Of a stretch of DNA of 56,155 nt, positions 11,501 through 21,597 are shown one piece after another. The DNA is from an uncultured SAR86 cluster bacterium (lineage in GTDB: Bacteria; Pseudomonadota; Gammaproteobacteria; Magnimaribacterales; D2472), in NCBI GenBank assembly GCA_902617955.1, contig CACMYW010000003.1, forward strand, positions 1 through 56,155, read 5' to 3'. Made by a program: the position numbers and the translations under genes. The notes under the pieces were generated by a model. It worked only from the letters and a program-made list of their open reading frames with translations, was not told the origin of the DNA and did not search any database. Every line of letters begins with the position of its first letter. Within the stretch, counting starts at the first letter, position 1.

Positions 11501-12211
11501 TTATTTTTTTGAGAAAAGAAGGCCAAGCTCAAATAATAACCACATAGGTAGAGCCAAAAATAATTGAGAAAAAATATCTGGTGGCGTTAATAGCATCGCA
11601 ACAACAAAAAAACCCACTATAAGATAAGGGCGCAATGCCTTAACTTCATCTTTAGTCTTAATTCCACTTTTAATGGTCAGATAAGTTGCCACCGGTACCT
11701 GGAAAGCAATTCCAAATGCTAAAAGCAGTTTTAGCATGAAATTTAGGAATTGATTAATATCAGTCATTACAGCTATGTTTTCTGGGGCAATCCCAACAAG
11801 AAATTGAAGAATGAGCGGAGTTACAACTAAGTATGCAAACAGCACTCCCACATAAAAAAGAATGGCTGCAAAAAATAGGATTGGTTTTAAGGTCGCAGTT
11901 TCTTTTTCATATAATCCAGGCGCAATATATTTCCATGCCTGATAAAAAAGATACGGCATGCTAATTAATAAGGCGAGATAAAGATTCAGCTTTATCGGAA
12001 CAAGCAATGGGGAGGTAACTTCAGTGGCAATCATGGTTGAATTGACCAAAAGCTCACTCATGGGAGTAGAAAAAATATTATAAATTTGATTTGCAAATGG
12101 GATGGATATAATAAAAATTACTGCAACACAGATCACATAACTTAATAACCTCTTTCTAAGTTCTGAAAGATGACTAACTAACGATTCAGATTCAGGATTT
12201 TTCTGATTCAT
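11501..12211 (-). CDS. tatC: Twin-arginine translocase TatC
   Basis: SHLSELRKRL, YQAWKYIAPGLY, LTPPDIFSQ. Confidence 0.96.
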   Translation of the reverse strand: MNQKNPESESLVSHLSELRKRLLSYVICVAVIFIISIPFANQIYNIFSTPMSELLVNSTMIATEVTSPLLVPIKLNLYLALLISMPYLFYQAWKYIAPGLYEKETATLKPILFFAAILFYVGVLFAYLVVTPLILQFLVGIAPENIAVMTDINQFLNFMLKLLLAFGIAFQVPVATYLTIKSGIKTKDEVKALRPYLIVGFFVVAMLLTPPDIFSQLFLALPMWLLFELGLLFSKK

Positions 12212-12434
12212 TTTTCTCAAGCTCTTCTAGCTTAAACTCATTAAAGATATCTTGCTTTATCTCATCTGCGCCAATGTCTCTTTCGATATCCTCCCTAAAG
12301 GATGAAAATTTTCTTTTTAAGCGCGTTGTATTTTTAATTATTATTTTTGAAATCTCAGGAAGCCTTTCAGGGCCAAAAAGCAACAGAATAATTAACCCTA
12401 TAAAAAGAATTTCAATAAAGCCTATTTGAAACAA
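12192..12434 (-). CDS. tatB: Twin-arginine translocase TatB
   Basis: MFQIGFIE...FGPERLP; between tatA and tatC. Confidence 0.92.
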   Translation of the reverse strand: MFQIGFIEILFIGLIILLLFGPERLPEISKIIIKNTTRLKRKFSSFREDIERDIGADEIKQDIFNEFKLEELEKNESEKS

Positions 12435-12445
12435 TTTAGTTACTT

Positions 12446-12622
12446 CTAATCTTTAGATTTATCATTCTCCTTTGATTCGTCATCATTGATAGCTTTTTTA
12501 AAACCTTTTATGCCTTGTCCAAGATCGGACCCAATTGACCTTAGTTTTTTACTACCAAAGAGGACTAGAACCACCAAAAGAATGATTAATAGTTGCCAAA
12601 TGCTTATACCGCCTAATCCCAT
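12446..12622 (-). CDS. tatA: Twin-arginine translocase TatA, 58 aa (not in ORF track)
   Basis: Manual translation [44 protein letters not shown]... Confidence 0.96.
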   Translation of the reverse strand: MGLGGISIWQLLIILLVVLVLFGSKKLRSIGSDLGQGIKGFKKAINDDESKENDKSKD

Positions 12623-12661
12623 ATTTTGACCTCTGCAATAGTATACTTTAAAAGAGAGGAG

Positions 12662-14209
12662 CTAAGAATTAATAAGAAATAAAACTGCTAATAGCAATAA
12701 GCCTGCCAACGATAGTCTATTAATGAATTGTTGCTTAAAAATCTCATGTTTTAATGCTTCAATTTTTTTATTCTGATGCTGCGGATTATCTGCAATGGAC
12801 TTCAAAGCATCTAAGATATTTAAAATATCATTAGGTAAGTTAGCACCCTTTTCCAATATTTCGTATTTATTTTCCTCAATGTATTTGAGCAATTGCTTGG
12901 GATGATACTTATTTCGAATCCAGTCATCTAAATAGGGCTCCGCTATCGACCAAAAATCTAGTTTTGGATAAATACTTCTTCCCATACCCTCGATATGAAT
13001 TAACGTTTTTTGAAGGAGCACCAATGACGGCTGGATTGATAAACCAAAACTGCGGGTACTTTCAAATAAAAATAGTAACAGCTTTCCAAACTCAATTTCT
13101 GCAAGTGGTTTTTCAAAAATTGGCTCACAACAAGATTTAAGTGTCATCTCTAGGTCATAAACATCTGAATCTTGTTCTACCCATTGATTAGAGATAAATA
13201 AATTAGCAAGTTTTTTGTAATCTTGTTTAATTGTACAACTTAGCATGCGTGCTAGATTATAAAGGTCTGCATCACTTAGGCTGCCAACAATCGCGCAGTC
13301 AACAGCAATATACCTATTCATTTCTGGATTTTTTAAATCAACAAAAATATTGCCTGGATGCATGTCGGCATGAAAGAAATTATCTCGAAAAACTTGGTCA
13401 AGAAAAATTTTGACACCGTTTTCTGCAAGGATCTTTAAATCAACTCCAGCAGTTCTAATTTTATCAATATCTGTGCATGGAGTTCCGTAGATTCGCTCCA
13501 TAACAAGAATATTTTTGCTAGTGAATTCTTTATAAACTGTTGGAATATAAAGCAGATTTGAATGTAAGAAATTTTCTCTTGTTTGTATGGTGTTATTTGC
13601 CTCCAATCTCAAATCGATTTCTTTTAAGATTGTTCTTTCGTAGTCATTTACAACTTGATTAATCTTTAAGCGGTAACTGTCTTTAAATAAAACCTTAACA
13701 AAGAATGCAAATAACTTAAGAAGCTTTATATTTGAATTAACCTTTTTGGATATATTTGGCCTAAGAATCTTAATTACTATTTCTTGATTATTTTCGATTA
13801 GATTGGCGGTATGAACTTGTGCAAGTGAAGCCGAGGCCAAGGGCTTTAAATCAAAATTCTTTATTTTTTTAAACTGTTCGTGTGTAATTGACCTTTTAAA
13901 TATTTCTAGCGCCTCTTCTCCTTCAAATGGCTTACAAGAATCTGTTAGTTTCTGTAGCTCAAAAGTATATGTCTGAGGAAGTACGTCTGTTCTAGTAGAT
14001 AAAAGCTGACCAAATTTGATAAATAATGGCCCCATAGATTCAAGAAAAGCATTCAATCTTTCAGAGGATGGTATTTTTTTCTTAAAGAAGTAAAAAATGT
14101 TTAAGTAATTTAGCAGCCCAAACAACTTACTAGTGCCATTCTCAAAAGGGATATTTATTATTCCATGATAAAAAGATAAGAAAGTTATTTTAATTGCACC
14201 AAAAATCAT
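12662..14209 (-). CDS. ubiB: Ubiquinone biosynthesis atypical kinase UbiB
   Basis: GPLFIKFGQLLSTR, ASASLAQVH, FFHADMHPGN. Confidence 0.95.
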   Translation of the reverse strand: MIFGAIKITFLSFYHGIINIPFENGTSKLFGLLNYLNIFYFFKKKIPSSERLNAFLESMGPLFIKFGQLLSTRTDVLPQTYTFELQKLTDSCKPFEGEEALEIFKRSITHEQFKKIKNFDLKPLASASLAQVHTANLIENNQEIVIKILRPNISKKVNSNIKLLKLFAFFVKVLFKDSYRLKINQVVNDYERTILKEIDLRLEANNTIQTRENFLHSNLLYIPTVYKEFTSKNILVMERIYGTPCTDIDKIRTAGVDLKILAENGVKIFLDQVFRDNFFHADMHPGNIFVDLKNPEMNRYIAVDCAIVGSLSDADLYNLARMLSCTIKQDYKKLANLFISNQWVEQDSDVYDLEMTLKSCCEPIFEKPLAEIEFGKLLLFLFESTRSFGLSIQPSLVLLQKTLIHIEGMGRSIYPKLDFWSIAEPYLDDWIRNKYHPKQLLKYIEENKYEILEKGANLPNDILNILDALKSIADNPQHQNKKIEALKHEIFKQQFINRLSLAGLLLLAVLFLINS

Positions 14210-14211
14210 TA

Positions 14212-14700
14212 TTAAGATTGTCCTATTCTTTCTGCTCGATCCAGCCTCAAGGCAAATGCTCTAATATTATTTAAAACTATGTCTTCATTAAGAGCTTTAT
14301 TGGTTTCGGTCTGCGTGGTTCTTCTTTGTAGCATCATTAATCCAAGCGCCGGTATGTCTCCTAAATGTTTTGCTACTAGATATTCAAAATTTATATTGGT
14401 ATTTCTAAGCAAGTTAATTAGACCAAGGGCCTTTTCACTATCACCTGATATCCATTCCTGCTTAAATTCATGCCTCAATAAAAATGACACATCAGTTAGA
14501 CCGCAGCTGATTTCAAAATCTTTATCATTAGATTTATTAGTAGAAAGCTGACTCAGTTCTTCTGATAGAAAAAGATTGAATTCGCAAATGCCAGTGATCT
14601 CAAGGTTGGCATTAATGGGATAGAATCTTTTTAAGGCGTTTTTAAAAGTGCTGTTAGATTCAAATAATTCATCTAAAAAATGTGTCAAATTTACTTTCAT
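14212..14700 (-). CDS. ubiJ: Divergent UbiJ-like accessory protein
   Basis: Position between ubiE and ubiB; ISGD, LAKHLGD-like segment (VAKHLGDI) and C-terminal LRLDRAERI resemble UbiJ. Confidence 0.6.
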   Translation of the reverse strand: MKVNLTHFLDELFESNSTFKNALKRFYPINANLEITGICEFNLFLSEELSQLSTNKSNDKDFEISCGLTDVSFLLRHEFKQEWISGDSEKALGLINLLRNTNINFEYLVAKHLGDIPALGLMMLQRRTTQTETNKALNEDIVLNNIRAFALRLDRAERIGQS

Positions 14701-15437
14701 TATTTATAAGCCTTATGAATGGCAACGATTCCATTTAATAAATTAAAGAATTTACATTCCTGAAATCCACCATCGAGTATCATTTGCTTCAATGTTACTT
14801 GGTCAGGATGCATTCTTATTGATTCAGCCAAATATTTATAGCTCTCTGAATCATTGGCAAGAAACTTTCCCATCCTAGGAATGATGTTGAAAGAATACCA
14901 ATCATAAACTTTTGAAAATAGACTATTTTGTGGTTTCGAAAATTCTAAAACCAAAAGAACTCCATTACTCTTAAGGCATCTTCTCATTTCCTTTAATCCA
15001 TCTTCCTTATTGGTAAAATTTCTCAAGCCAAACCCAACTGTTATTAGATCAAAACTATTATCTTTATATGGGAGTGACTCACCGCTCGCAACCGAAAAGT
15101 ATGTATTTGAATGAAAGTTTTCGTTAACCGCCCTCTTGTAACCATTCGATAACATTGATGCATTAATGTCTGTCATATGCACTTCTATTGCATTGTGTTT
15201 ATTCAAAAGAATTTTTGGAATGTCACCAGTCCCACTTGCTATGTCCAATACCTTGCTGTCTGATTTGACTTCACTAAGCTCAATTAAAATTTCTTTCCAT
15301 AATCTATGCAATCCAAAGGACATCGCATCATTCATTAAATCGTAATTGTCGGCAACTGATGAAAAAACGCCCCCTACCTTTTTTTCTTTATCTTTTTCAT
15401 CGACTTGTTTAAAGCCAAAATGTGTTTTTCTATTCAT
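14700..15437 (-). CDS. ubiE: Ubiquinone/menaquinone C-methyltransferase
   Basis: THFGFK, YDLMNDAMSFGLHRLWK, LDIASGTGD, YLAESIR. Confidence 0.97.
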   Translation of the reverse strand: MNRKTHFGFKQVDEKDKEKKVGGVFSSVADNYDLMNDAMSFGLHRLWKEILIELSEVKSDSKVLDIASGTGDIPKILLNKHNAIEVHMTDINASMLSNGYKRAVNENFHSNTYFSVASGESLPYKDNSFDLITVGFGLRNFTNKEDGLKEMRRCLKSNGVLLVLEFSKPQNSLFSKVYDWYSFNIIPRMGKFLANDSESYKYLAESIRMHPDQVTLKQMILDGGFQECKFFNLLNGIVAIHKAYK

Positions 15438-16293
15438 CTATATTTTTTACTAATTCTAGGAAGCTATCATACCTTGACTGATTGATTACGCCCTCTTCGA
15501 CTCCTTCTTTAACAAAGCACCCTTTATCCTTTTTATGCCCACAGTTTCTAAATTGACATTTTTTTGAGGCCTCTGTTATTTCATAGAAAACACTTTTTAT
15601 TGAACTTTTACTTACTGGACCCTCTTCGATATCTCTTACACCTGGCGAGTCAATAATAGACCCATCAACATTTTCCACTTTGAGTAGCCTAGATGTTGAA
15701 GTGGTATGTTGACCCTGTTCATTCGATAAGACTTTAGTTTTAAGATCTATTCCAGTAAGTGCACCGGTTAGAGAAGACTTGCCAACACCTGATTGACCAA
15801 CGAAGATGCAAGTTCTATTTTCGAGATAGTTTTTTAATTCTGAAATGCCAAAATTTTCTTTGAAAGAAGTGATGAAGTAAGGAAGATTTAAGTTAGCGTA
15901 TAGATCTTTTGTATCTTCAAATTCTTGCGATAACTCTAGGTCAGATTTATTAAAAACTAAGAATGGCTCTAGTTTTGCTCCATCAGCAATTATTAACCAC
16001 TTATCAATAAATAATCTTGGTGCTTGAGGAACTGAAGCAAGAATAATCCCAATATTAGTTAGATTCGCTGCCAATAACCTTTTCTTTTGCCCACGAAATC
16101 TATACAAAGCACTTGATCTGTCATGAATTTTACTAATGATTGCGTTAGATGATTGTACAAGTATCTCAACATTGTCTCCGACAGCTACTTCATGGTTTTT
16201 TGGAGTCATACAGTTGTATGTTTTTTCTTGAGACAGCACCAAGCAAGAATTTGTGTAAAACTCTATTACTTTGCCAATTTGAACTTTTTCCAT
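15430..16293 (-). CDS. rsgA: Ribosome small subunit-dependent GTPase
   Basis: NKSDL, GQSGVGKSS, GQHTT, DSPG, CQFRNCGH...C zinc finger. Confidence 0.95.
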   Translation of the reverse strand: MEKVQIGKVIEFYTNSCLVLSQEKTYNCMTPKNHEVAVGDNVEILVQSSNAIISKIHDRSSALYRFRGQKKRLLAANLTNIGIILASVPQAPRLFIDKWLIIADGAKLEPFLVFNKSDLELSQEFEDTKDLYANLNLPYFITSFKENFGISELKNYLENRTCIFVGQSGVGKSSLTGALTGIDLKTKVLSNEQGQHTTSTSRLLKVENVDGSIIDSPGVRDIEEGPVSKSSIKSVFYEITEASKKCQFRNCGHKKDKGCFVKEGVEEGVINQSRYDSFLELVKNIDE

Positions 16294-16333
16294 TTAAGTC
16301 ACAAAATACACATATTTTAGGACATAACAGTTA

Positions 16334-16882
16334 ATGACATCTCAATTATCTAATAAAAATCTTATTTGGCTCGATTTGGAGATGACCGGTCTTGATCCAG
16401 AGCATGAGAGGATTATTGAGATTGCAACGATTGTCACTGATTCTGAACTTAACATTATTGCCGAAGGTCCTAACTTGGTAATCAATCAAAATAAATCTCT
16501 TCTAGACTCTATGGATGAGTGGAATCAGAAACAACATGGTTCAACCGGTTTAATTGACGCAGTTAAAATTAGCAACATCACAGAACAAATGGCAGAAATT
16601 GAGACCTTAGATTTTATTTCTAAGTATGTTGGTCAAAAAAAATCTCCAATGTGCGGGAATACCGTTTCTCATGATAGAAGATTTCTTTCTAAATACATGC
16701 CCCAACTTGAAGCGTATTTTAATTATCGGCACATTGACGTTTCCTCTGTAAAGGAAGTAATTACCCGGTGGTCTAATAATGCTCAAGCATACGAGAAGAA
16801 CAGCTGTCATCGCGCACAAGATGATATCAGAGAGTCCATTAATGAGTTGCGATTTTATAAAAAAGAATTTTTTAGGATTTAG
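16334..16882 (+). CDS. orn: Oligoribonuclease
   Basis: WLDLEMTGL, IIEIAT, HRAQDDIRESI. Confidence 0.97.
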   Translation: MTSQLSNKNLIWLDLEMTGLDPEHERIIEIATIVTDSELNIIAEGPNLVINQNKSLLDSMDEWNQKQHGSTGLIDAVKISNITEQMAEIETLDFISKYVGQKKSPMCGNTVSHDRRFLSKYMPQLEAYFNYRHIDVSSVKEVITRWSNNAQAYEKNSCHRAQDDIRESINELRFYKKEFFRI

Positions 16883-18473
16883 GACCTATAGTAAAAGTTT
16901 TAGAAAAAGAAATCCCTGCAGATTTTTCCAACACAGATTCTATAAATTTAAAAGTTCCCTTAAGGATAGATTCATTTAAGTAAATTTTTGTATACCCTCT
17001 ATGAGAAGTATTTACCCACTTTATCTCTTTATTTGCATTAATAATTCCTTGCTCGAGTTCTCTTGGGTTGACCCCATTTAGATATTCACTTAGCCCAGGA
17101 GAAGTAACGGAGGGAGTTCCAAACTCATAACCAATATGTTCTTCAGCATTGTTAAAAAGTTTTGAAAACCATGCATTATGCGTATCACCGGCCAAACTAA
17201 TTAATTTTGAATTATTGTTTTTAAATAGAGAAAAGATTCTATCTCGTTCTGCAGGATATCCATCCCATGCATCTAAGTTGCTTGGCAATCCAAGCTTTAA
17301 CAAAGGTAGATATTGTTTAACCTCCTCTGAAAGGTTGCTGTCAGAGAGGGCAGATGAAATATCAGGAAATTTTAATTTTGTCATTAAGACTTGCTGGCCT
17401 AGAATATTCCAAGCAACTTCTGAGTTGCCATAAGTATCTGTCAACCAACTTAATTGAGGTTCCCCAATTAATTTTCTTTCTTTATTCAGAAGATCATTGT
17501 AAAAACTATCCGTATCAAATTGTCCGGAGGAAAAATAGTTTCTTGGATCAATTTGTTTATCTCTGTTGTTCTGTCTTGTATCAAGCATGACTAGATTCAG
17601 AAGCGAGCCAACTTTAAATGATCGATAAATATTTCTTTTATTTGTATTCTCTCTTATTGGCATCCATTCTAAATATGCCTTAATGGCATTTGATTTCCGT
17701 TCAAGGAAGTTTCCCTCTGATGCATCATGATTTTCTGCACCATACTTCCAAGTATCGTTTGTAATCTCGTGATCATCCCAAACCGCAATCAAGGGATGGG
17801 TAGCGTGTAATAGTTGTGATTGAGGATCTTTTTTATATTGAGCATGACGTTTTCTGTAATCAGATAAAGTGAGTATTTCATGATGAGGTTCCGGAATGCG
17901 GTTTAATAGCTGTGCATTTTCAGTTGCATATCCATCCATAGGATATTCGTATAAATAGTCACCAAGATGAATCCAAAAATCTATTTCTTCATATGCACAG
18001 GCTTCATAGACATTAAAATAACCTGCAGGAAAATTTGAACAACTCATGACAGCAAAGCTAGTTTCCTTTGCTGAATCATCGAGAAGCTTAGCTCTGCCAA
18101 CATCTGAAGTTAATCGATCACTACGAAATCGGTAAAAAAAATATTTGTTTTTACCAAAGCTAAAATTTGGTTCGTAATCATACTTAACACAGTAGTCAGT
18201 ATCAAAAGTCGTAGTTATTTTTTTACTAAATACGATGTTACTGAAATTTTTATTAAGTGAAATTTCTAAGTTGCATACTATTGGGCCTGGGGATACAGGA
18301 GTAGCTCTTGTCCAAAGAATAATGCTTTTATTTGTTGGATCACCGCTGGCTACTCCATGATAAAAACCTTTAATATTTGATTGCGCTGTTATGGAATTTC
18401 TAAGCCCAGCACAACTTGTTGATGCAGCAGCAAGACCTAATGCAGAAATCTTAAGAACTTCTCTTCTTTTCAC
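16872..18473 (-). CDS. phoD: PhoD-family alkaline phosphatase/phosphodiesterase with Tat (lipo)signal
   Basis: KRREVLK Tat motif, HGVASGDP, HLGDYLYE, WDDHE, LDTR, DAWDGY, GDTH. Confidence 0.93.
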   Translation of the reverse strand: MKRREVLKISALGLAAASTSCAGLRNSITAQSNIKGFYHGVASGDPTNKSIILWTRATPVSPGPIVCNLEISLNKNFSNIVFSKKITTTFDTDYCVKYDYEPNFSFGKNKYFFYRFRSDRLTSDVGRAKLLDDSAKETSFAVMSCSNFPAGYFNVYEACAYEEIDFWIHLGDYLYEYPMDGYATENAQLLNRIPEPHHEILTLSDYRKRHAQYKKDPQSQLLHATHPLIAVWDDHEITNDTWKYGAENHDASEGNFLERKSNAIKAYLEWMPIRENTNKRNIYRSFKVGSLLNLVMLDTRQNNRDKQIDPRNYFSSGQFDTDSFYNDLLNKERKLIGEPQLSWLTDTYGNSEVAWNILGQQVLMTKLKFPDISSALSDSNLSEEVKQYLPLLKLGLPSNLDAWDGYPAERDRIFSLFKNNNSKLISLAGDTHNAWFSKLFNNAEEHIGYEFGTPSVTSPGLSEYLNGVNPRELEQGIINANKEIKWVNTSHRGYTKIYLNESILKGTFKFIESVLEKSAGISFSKTFTIGPKS

Positions 18474-18522
18474 ATGACTATATTAACTCTACAGAGTAAC
18501 TAATATGTGAAATTTCGGTAAC
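18474..18522 (-). promoter_or_regulatory. Probable Pho-box array upstream of phoD
   Basis: GTTAC (18522), TTCAC (18511), GTTAC (18500) and GTCAT (18478) lie in one 11-bp register; TAATAT follows 10 bp after the third repeat. Confidence 0.5.
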
Positions 18523-18852
18523 TTAATCTTGCTTAGATTGAGGCTGTATATTTATAGGGAAAGGCGTAACTTGGTTTTTAGTTTGTTTAATTTTAGCTTC
18601 TCCAGATTCAGCAACCTCATCTATTCTGATGATGGCATTGATGGGCAAGTAAGACCTTTCAACACTCTTAAATTCATTCTTTAATTTTTCGTTTGAAGGG
18701 TCTACTACTAGCTGTTTATTTTTATTAAATATATACTCTTCAACCTCTATGAAACCATACATATCGCTTTGATAAATTTGTTTGGCAAAAATTTCATAGA
18801 TTTCTCCAAGTTGAAGAAATATTATTTTATAGATTGTCTTTTTATTAGCCAT
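18523..18852 (-). CDS. DUF1820-like protein
   Basis: YKIIF...YEIFA...GFIEVE...VVDPSNEKLKNEF...IIRIDEV pattern; divergent from miaB. Confidence 0.75.
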   Translation of the reverse strand: MANKKTIYKIIFLQLGEIYEIFAKQIYQSDMYGFIEVEEYIFNKNKQLVVDPSNEKLKNEFKSVERSYLPINAIIRIDEVAESGEAKIKQTKNQVTPFPINIQPQSKQD

Positions 18853-18862
18853 AATTAGTTAT

Positions 18863-20185
18863 ATGGGTACTAAACTTTATATTAAAACCTATGGTTGTCA
18901 AATGAATGAATATGACACCCAAAAGACTGTTGAAATCCTAAAAAAGGAAAAGGATATAGAGCTAACGCAGTCACCGGATGATGCAGAAATCATTCTTCTA
19001 AATACTTGTTCTATAAGGGAAAAGGCTGAAGAAAAGGTTTATTCAGAACTAGGAAGAATTAATAAACTTAAAGAAATGAACCCAAATTTAAAAATTGGGG
19101 TCGGTGGTTGTGTTGCCTCGCAAGAGGGAGAAAATATTTTCAAAAGAGCGCCATATGTAGACCTTATTTTTGGACCTCAAACACTCCACAAGGTACCTGA
19201 ACTATTAGATCAAGAAGATAAAATCAAAGCTGTTGATGTATCTTTCCCGATAGAGGAAAAGTTTGACTCACTGTTGCTGCCTGAGGCATCAGGCCCTTCC
19301 AGTTTTGTTTCCATAATGGAAGGCTGTTCAAAATTTTGTACTTTTTGCGTTGTGCCCTATACCAGGGGCGAAGAAGTTAGCCGAAAACCAAGGCAAATCT
19401 TTGATGAAGTTGCAAGATTAGCTGAGCAGGGTGTCAAAGAAATAGTTTTTGTTGGTCAAAATGTAAATAGTTACAAATATTCTGAGAATGGCAGAATCCT
19501 TGGTTTAGCAGATTTAATTCAAATATGTGCAGAGATTAATGGTATTGAACGCATTAGATATACAACCTCGCATCCTCTTGATATGACTAACGATTTAATA
19601 GAAATATATAAGTATGTGCCTCAATTGGTTGATCATCTCCACCTACCAGTTCAATCAGGGTCAGATAAAGTTCTTTTAGATATGAAAAGAAATTATTCAT
19701 TTGATGATTACCTCTCTATTATTGAAAGGCTTAAACAAATAAGACCAAATATAAAAATTTCTTCAGATTTTATTATTGGTTTTCCAACAGAAACTAAGAA
19801 AGATTTTGAAATGACCATGAACTTAGTTAATGAAGTAAAATTTGATGCCTCCTTTAGTTTCATCTTTTCTGCTAGACCAGGCACACCAGCTGCACAGCTA
19901 GCAGATTGCTCAACATTAAATGAAAAAAAAGAAAGGCTGTATGAACTTCAATCAAGGTTAAATGAGTTTCAGGCCTCATACAGTAAAGAATTGGAAGGAA
20001 CAATTCAAAGGTGTCTCGTAACTGATTTATCAAAGAAAGATTCACGGGAAATGCAAGCAAGAACAGAATGTAACAGAGTGGTAAATTTCCACTTCCAAAA
20101 TCCAAATATTCTAGGTAAATTAGTAGATATAAAAATTGATGAAGCACTTTCCAACTCTCTCAAAGGCACCCTTTTTACTCAATAG
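18863..20185 (+). CDS. miaB: tRNA-2-methylthio-N6-dimethylallyladenosine synthase
   Basis: TYGCQMN, NTCSIREKAE, CSKFCTFC radical SAM motif, TRAM C-terminus. Confidence 0.97.
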   Translation: MGTKLYIKTYGCQMNEYDTQKTVEILKKEKDIELTQSPDDAEIILLNTCSIREKAEEKVYSELGRINKLKEMNPNLKIGVGGCVASQEGENIFKRAPYVDLIFGPQTLHKVPELLDQEDKIKAVDVSFPIEEKFDSLLLPEASGPSSFVSIMEGCSKFCTFCVVPYTRGEEVSRKPRQIFDEVARLAEQGVKEIVFVGQNVNSYKYSENGRILGLADLIQICAEINGIERIRYTTSHPLDMTNDLIEIYKYVPQLVDHLHLPVQSGSDKVLLDMKRNYSFDDYLSIIERLKQIRPNIKISSDFIIGFPTETKKDFEMTMNLVNEVKFDASFSFIFSARPGTPAAQLADCSTLNEKKERLYELQSRLNEFQASYSKELEGTIQRCLVTDLSKKDSREMQARTECNRVVNFHFQNPNILGKLVDIKIDEALSNSLKGTLFTQ

Positions 20186-20188
20186 TTA

Positions 20189-21145
20189 ATGCAAGACCAG
20201 CAAATCTCATCCTTACATCTTAAATTAGAGCCTGAGAATCCAAAGTATATTGCCGCATTTGTTGGAGAGTTAAATGGCAACATAAAATTGATAGAAGATA
20301 AACTTTCTGTCAGGATTTTCCATAAAGGTAATGAAATTAAAATTGAAGGTGACATAAAGGTTATCGAAGAGGCGTCCAATACCATACAAAATCTTTATGC
20401 CAACTGTTGCTCGGGAGTTGAGCTATCAAGTGATATTATTCACGCCGCATTAAATAATAAAAAAGAAGACTTAAGGTCATTGAAAGAATACGTTATTAAA
20501 ACCCCCAGAAAAAAAATTTCACCAAGAACCACTAATCAGGAAAATTATTTAGCAAGCATAGACAAACATGAAATTAATTTCGGTGTAGGACCAGCTGGTA
20601 CAGGTAAAACCTATCTAGCAGTTGCAAAGGCAATAGAATTTTTGCTCTCAGAGAAGGTGGATAAGATAGTGCTTATTAGGCCAGCGGTCGAGGCAGGTGA
20701 AAAGCTAGGGTTCTTGCCTGGAGATTTAAATCAAAAAGTAGACCCATATTTGAGACCACTTTACGATGCTTTATTTGAAATGTTAGGAGTTGATAAAGCA
20801 AATAGATTATTTGAGAGAGATATTATTGAGTTAGCTCCATTAGCTTATTTAAGAGGTAGAACACTCAATAATGCATTTATTATTATGGATGAAAGTCAAA
20901 ATACCACCATTGATCAGATGAAGATGTTTCTTACAAGAACAGGATTTGGTTCATATGTTGTAGTAAATGGAGATATGTCACAAGTAGACCTTCCAAAAAA
21001 TGTTTTATCTGGGTTAAGGCATGCCATTGGAGTTCTTAAGGATGTTAATGGTATATCGATTACAGAATTTAATTCAAAAGATGTTGTAAGGCACCCATTG
21101 GTTAAAAAAATAATCGATGCTTATGCTGACCATGAGAACTCCTAA
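20189..21145 (+). CDS. ybeZ: PhoH-like ATPase (YbeZ)
   Basis: GPAGTGKTY, RPAVEAGEKLGFLPG, LAYLRGRTL, DESQN. Confidence 0.95.
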   Translation: MQDQQISSLHLKLEPENPKYIAAFVGELNGNIKLIEDKLSVRIFHKGNEIKIEGDIKVIEEASNTIQNLYANCCSGVELSSDIIHAALNNKKEDLRSLKEYVIKTPRKKISPRTTNQENYLASIDKHEINFGVGPAGTGKTYLAVAKAIEFLLSEKVDKIVLIRPAVEAGEKLGFLPGDLNQKVDPYLRPLYDALFEMLGVDKANRLFERDIIELAPLAYLRGRTLNNAFIIMDESQNTTIDQMKMFLTRTGFGSYVVVNGDMSQVDLPKNVLSGLRHAIGVLKDVNGISITEFNSKDVVRHPLVKKIIDAYADHENS

Positions 21146-21150
21146 AATTC

Positions 21151-21597
21151 ATGCCATTGAATATATTTAACAATACAGATTTAGATATACATTCTTTCAA
21201 GAGCGAGATGAATAAATTAGTAGATAAACTATTAAAAGATATGAACTCAAAACAAAATGTAAATCTCAATATCGTCGATGATGCAGAGATGCAAAAACTT
21301 AATAAAACATTCCGCAACAAAGATATGCCCACAAATGTACTGGCTTTTCCAAACATAGGTATCGGTGCAGATGATGAGCTTGGTGATATAGCTATCAATA
21401 CAGATGCTGTGACAAGAGAATCAAATCAGCAGAATATAACAACCAGAGATAGATTCTTGCATTTGCTGGCACATGGAACTTTGCATCTTTTTGGATATGA
21501 TCATAAAGAAAATATTGAAGCAGAAGCCATGGAAGAACTTGAAATAAAATACCTTAAAGACTTTAATATAAGGAATCCATATACATATGAAATCTGA
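21151..21597 (+). CDS. ybeY: rRNA maturation endoribonuclease
   Basis: PTNVLAFP, LGDI, HGTLHLFGYDH. Confidence 0.95.
   Translation: MPLNIFNNTDLDIHSFKSEMNKLVDKLLKDMNSKQNVNLNIVDDAEMQKLNKTFRNKDMPTNVLAFPNIGIGADDELGDIAINTDAVTRESNQQNITTRDRFLHLLAHGTLHLFGYDHKENIEAEAMEELEIKYLKDFNIRNPYTYEI

Noticed and set aside
12650-12663. GAGAGGAG complementary to the candidate sRNA loop near tatA
   Set aside because: It lies on the non-transcribed strand for tatA/ubiB, so it is not a target site
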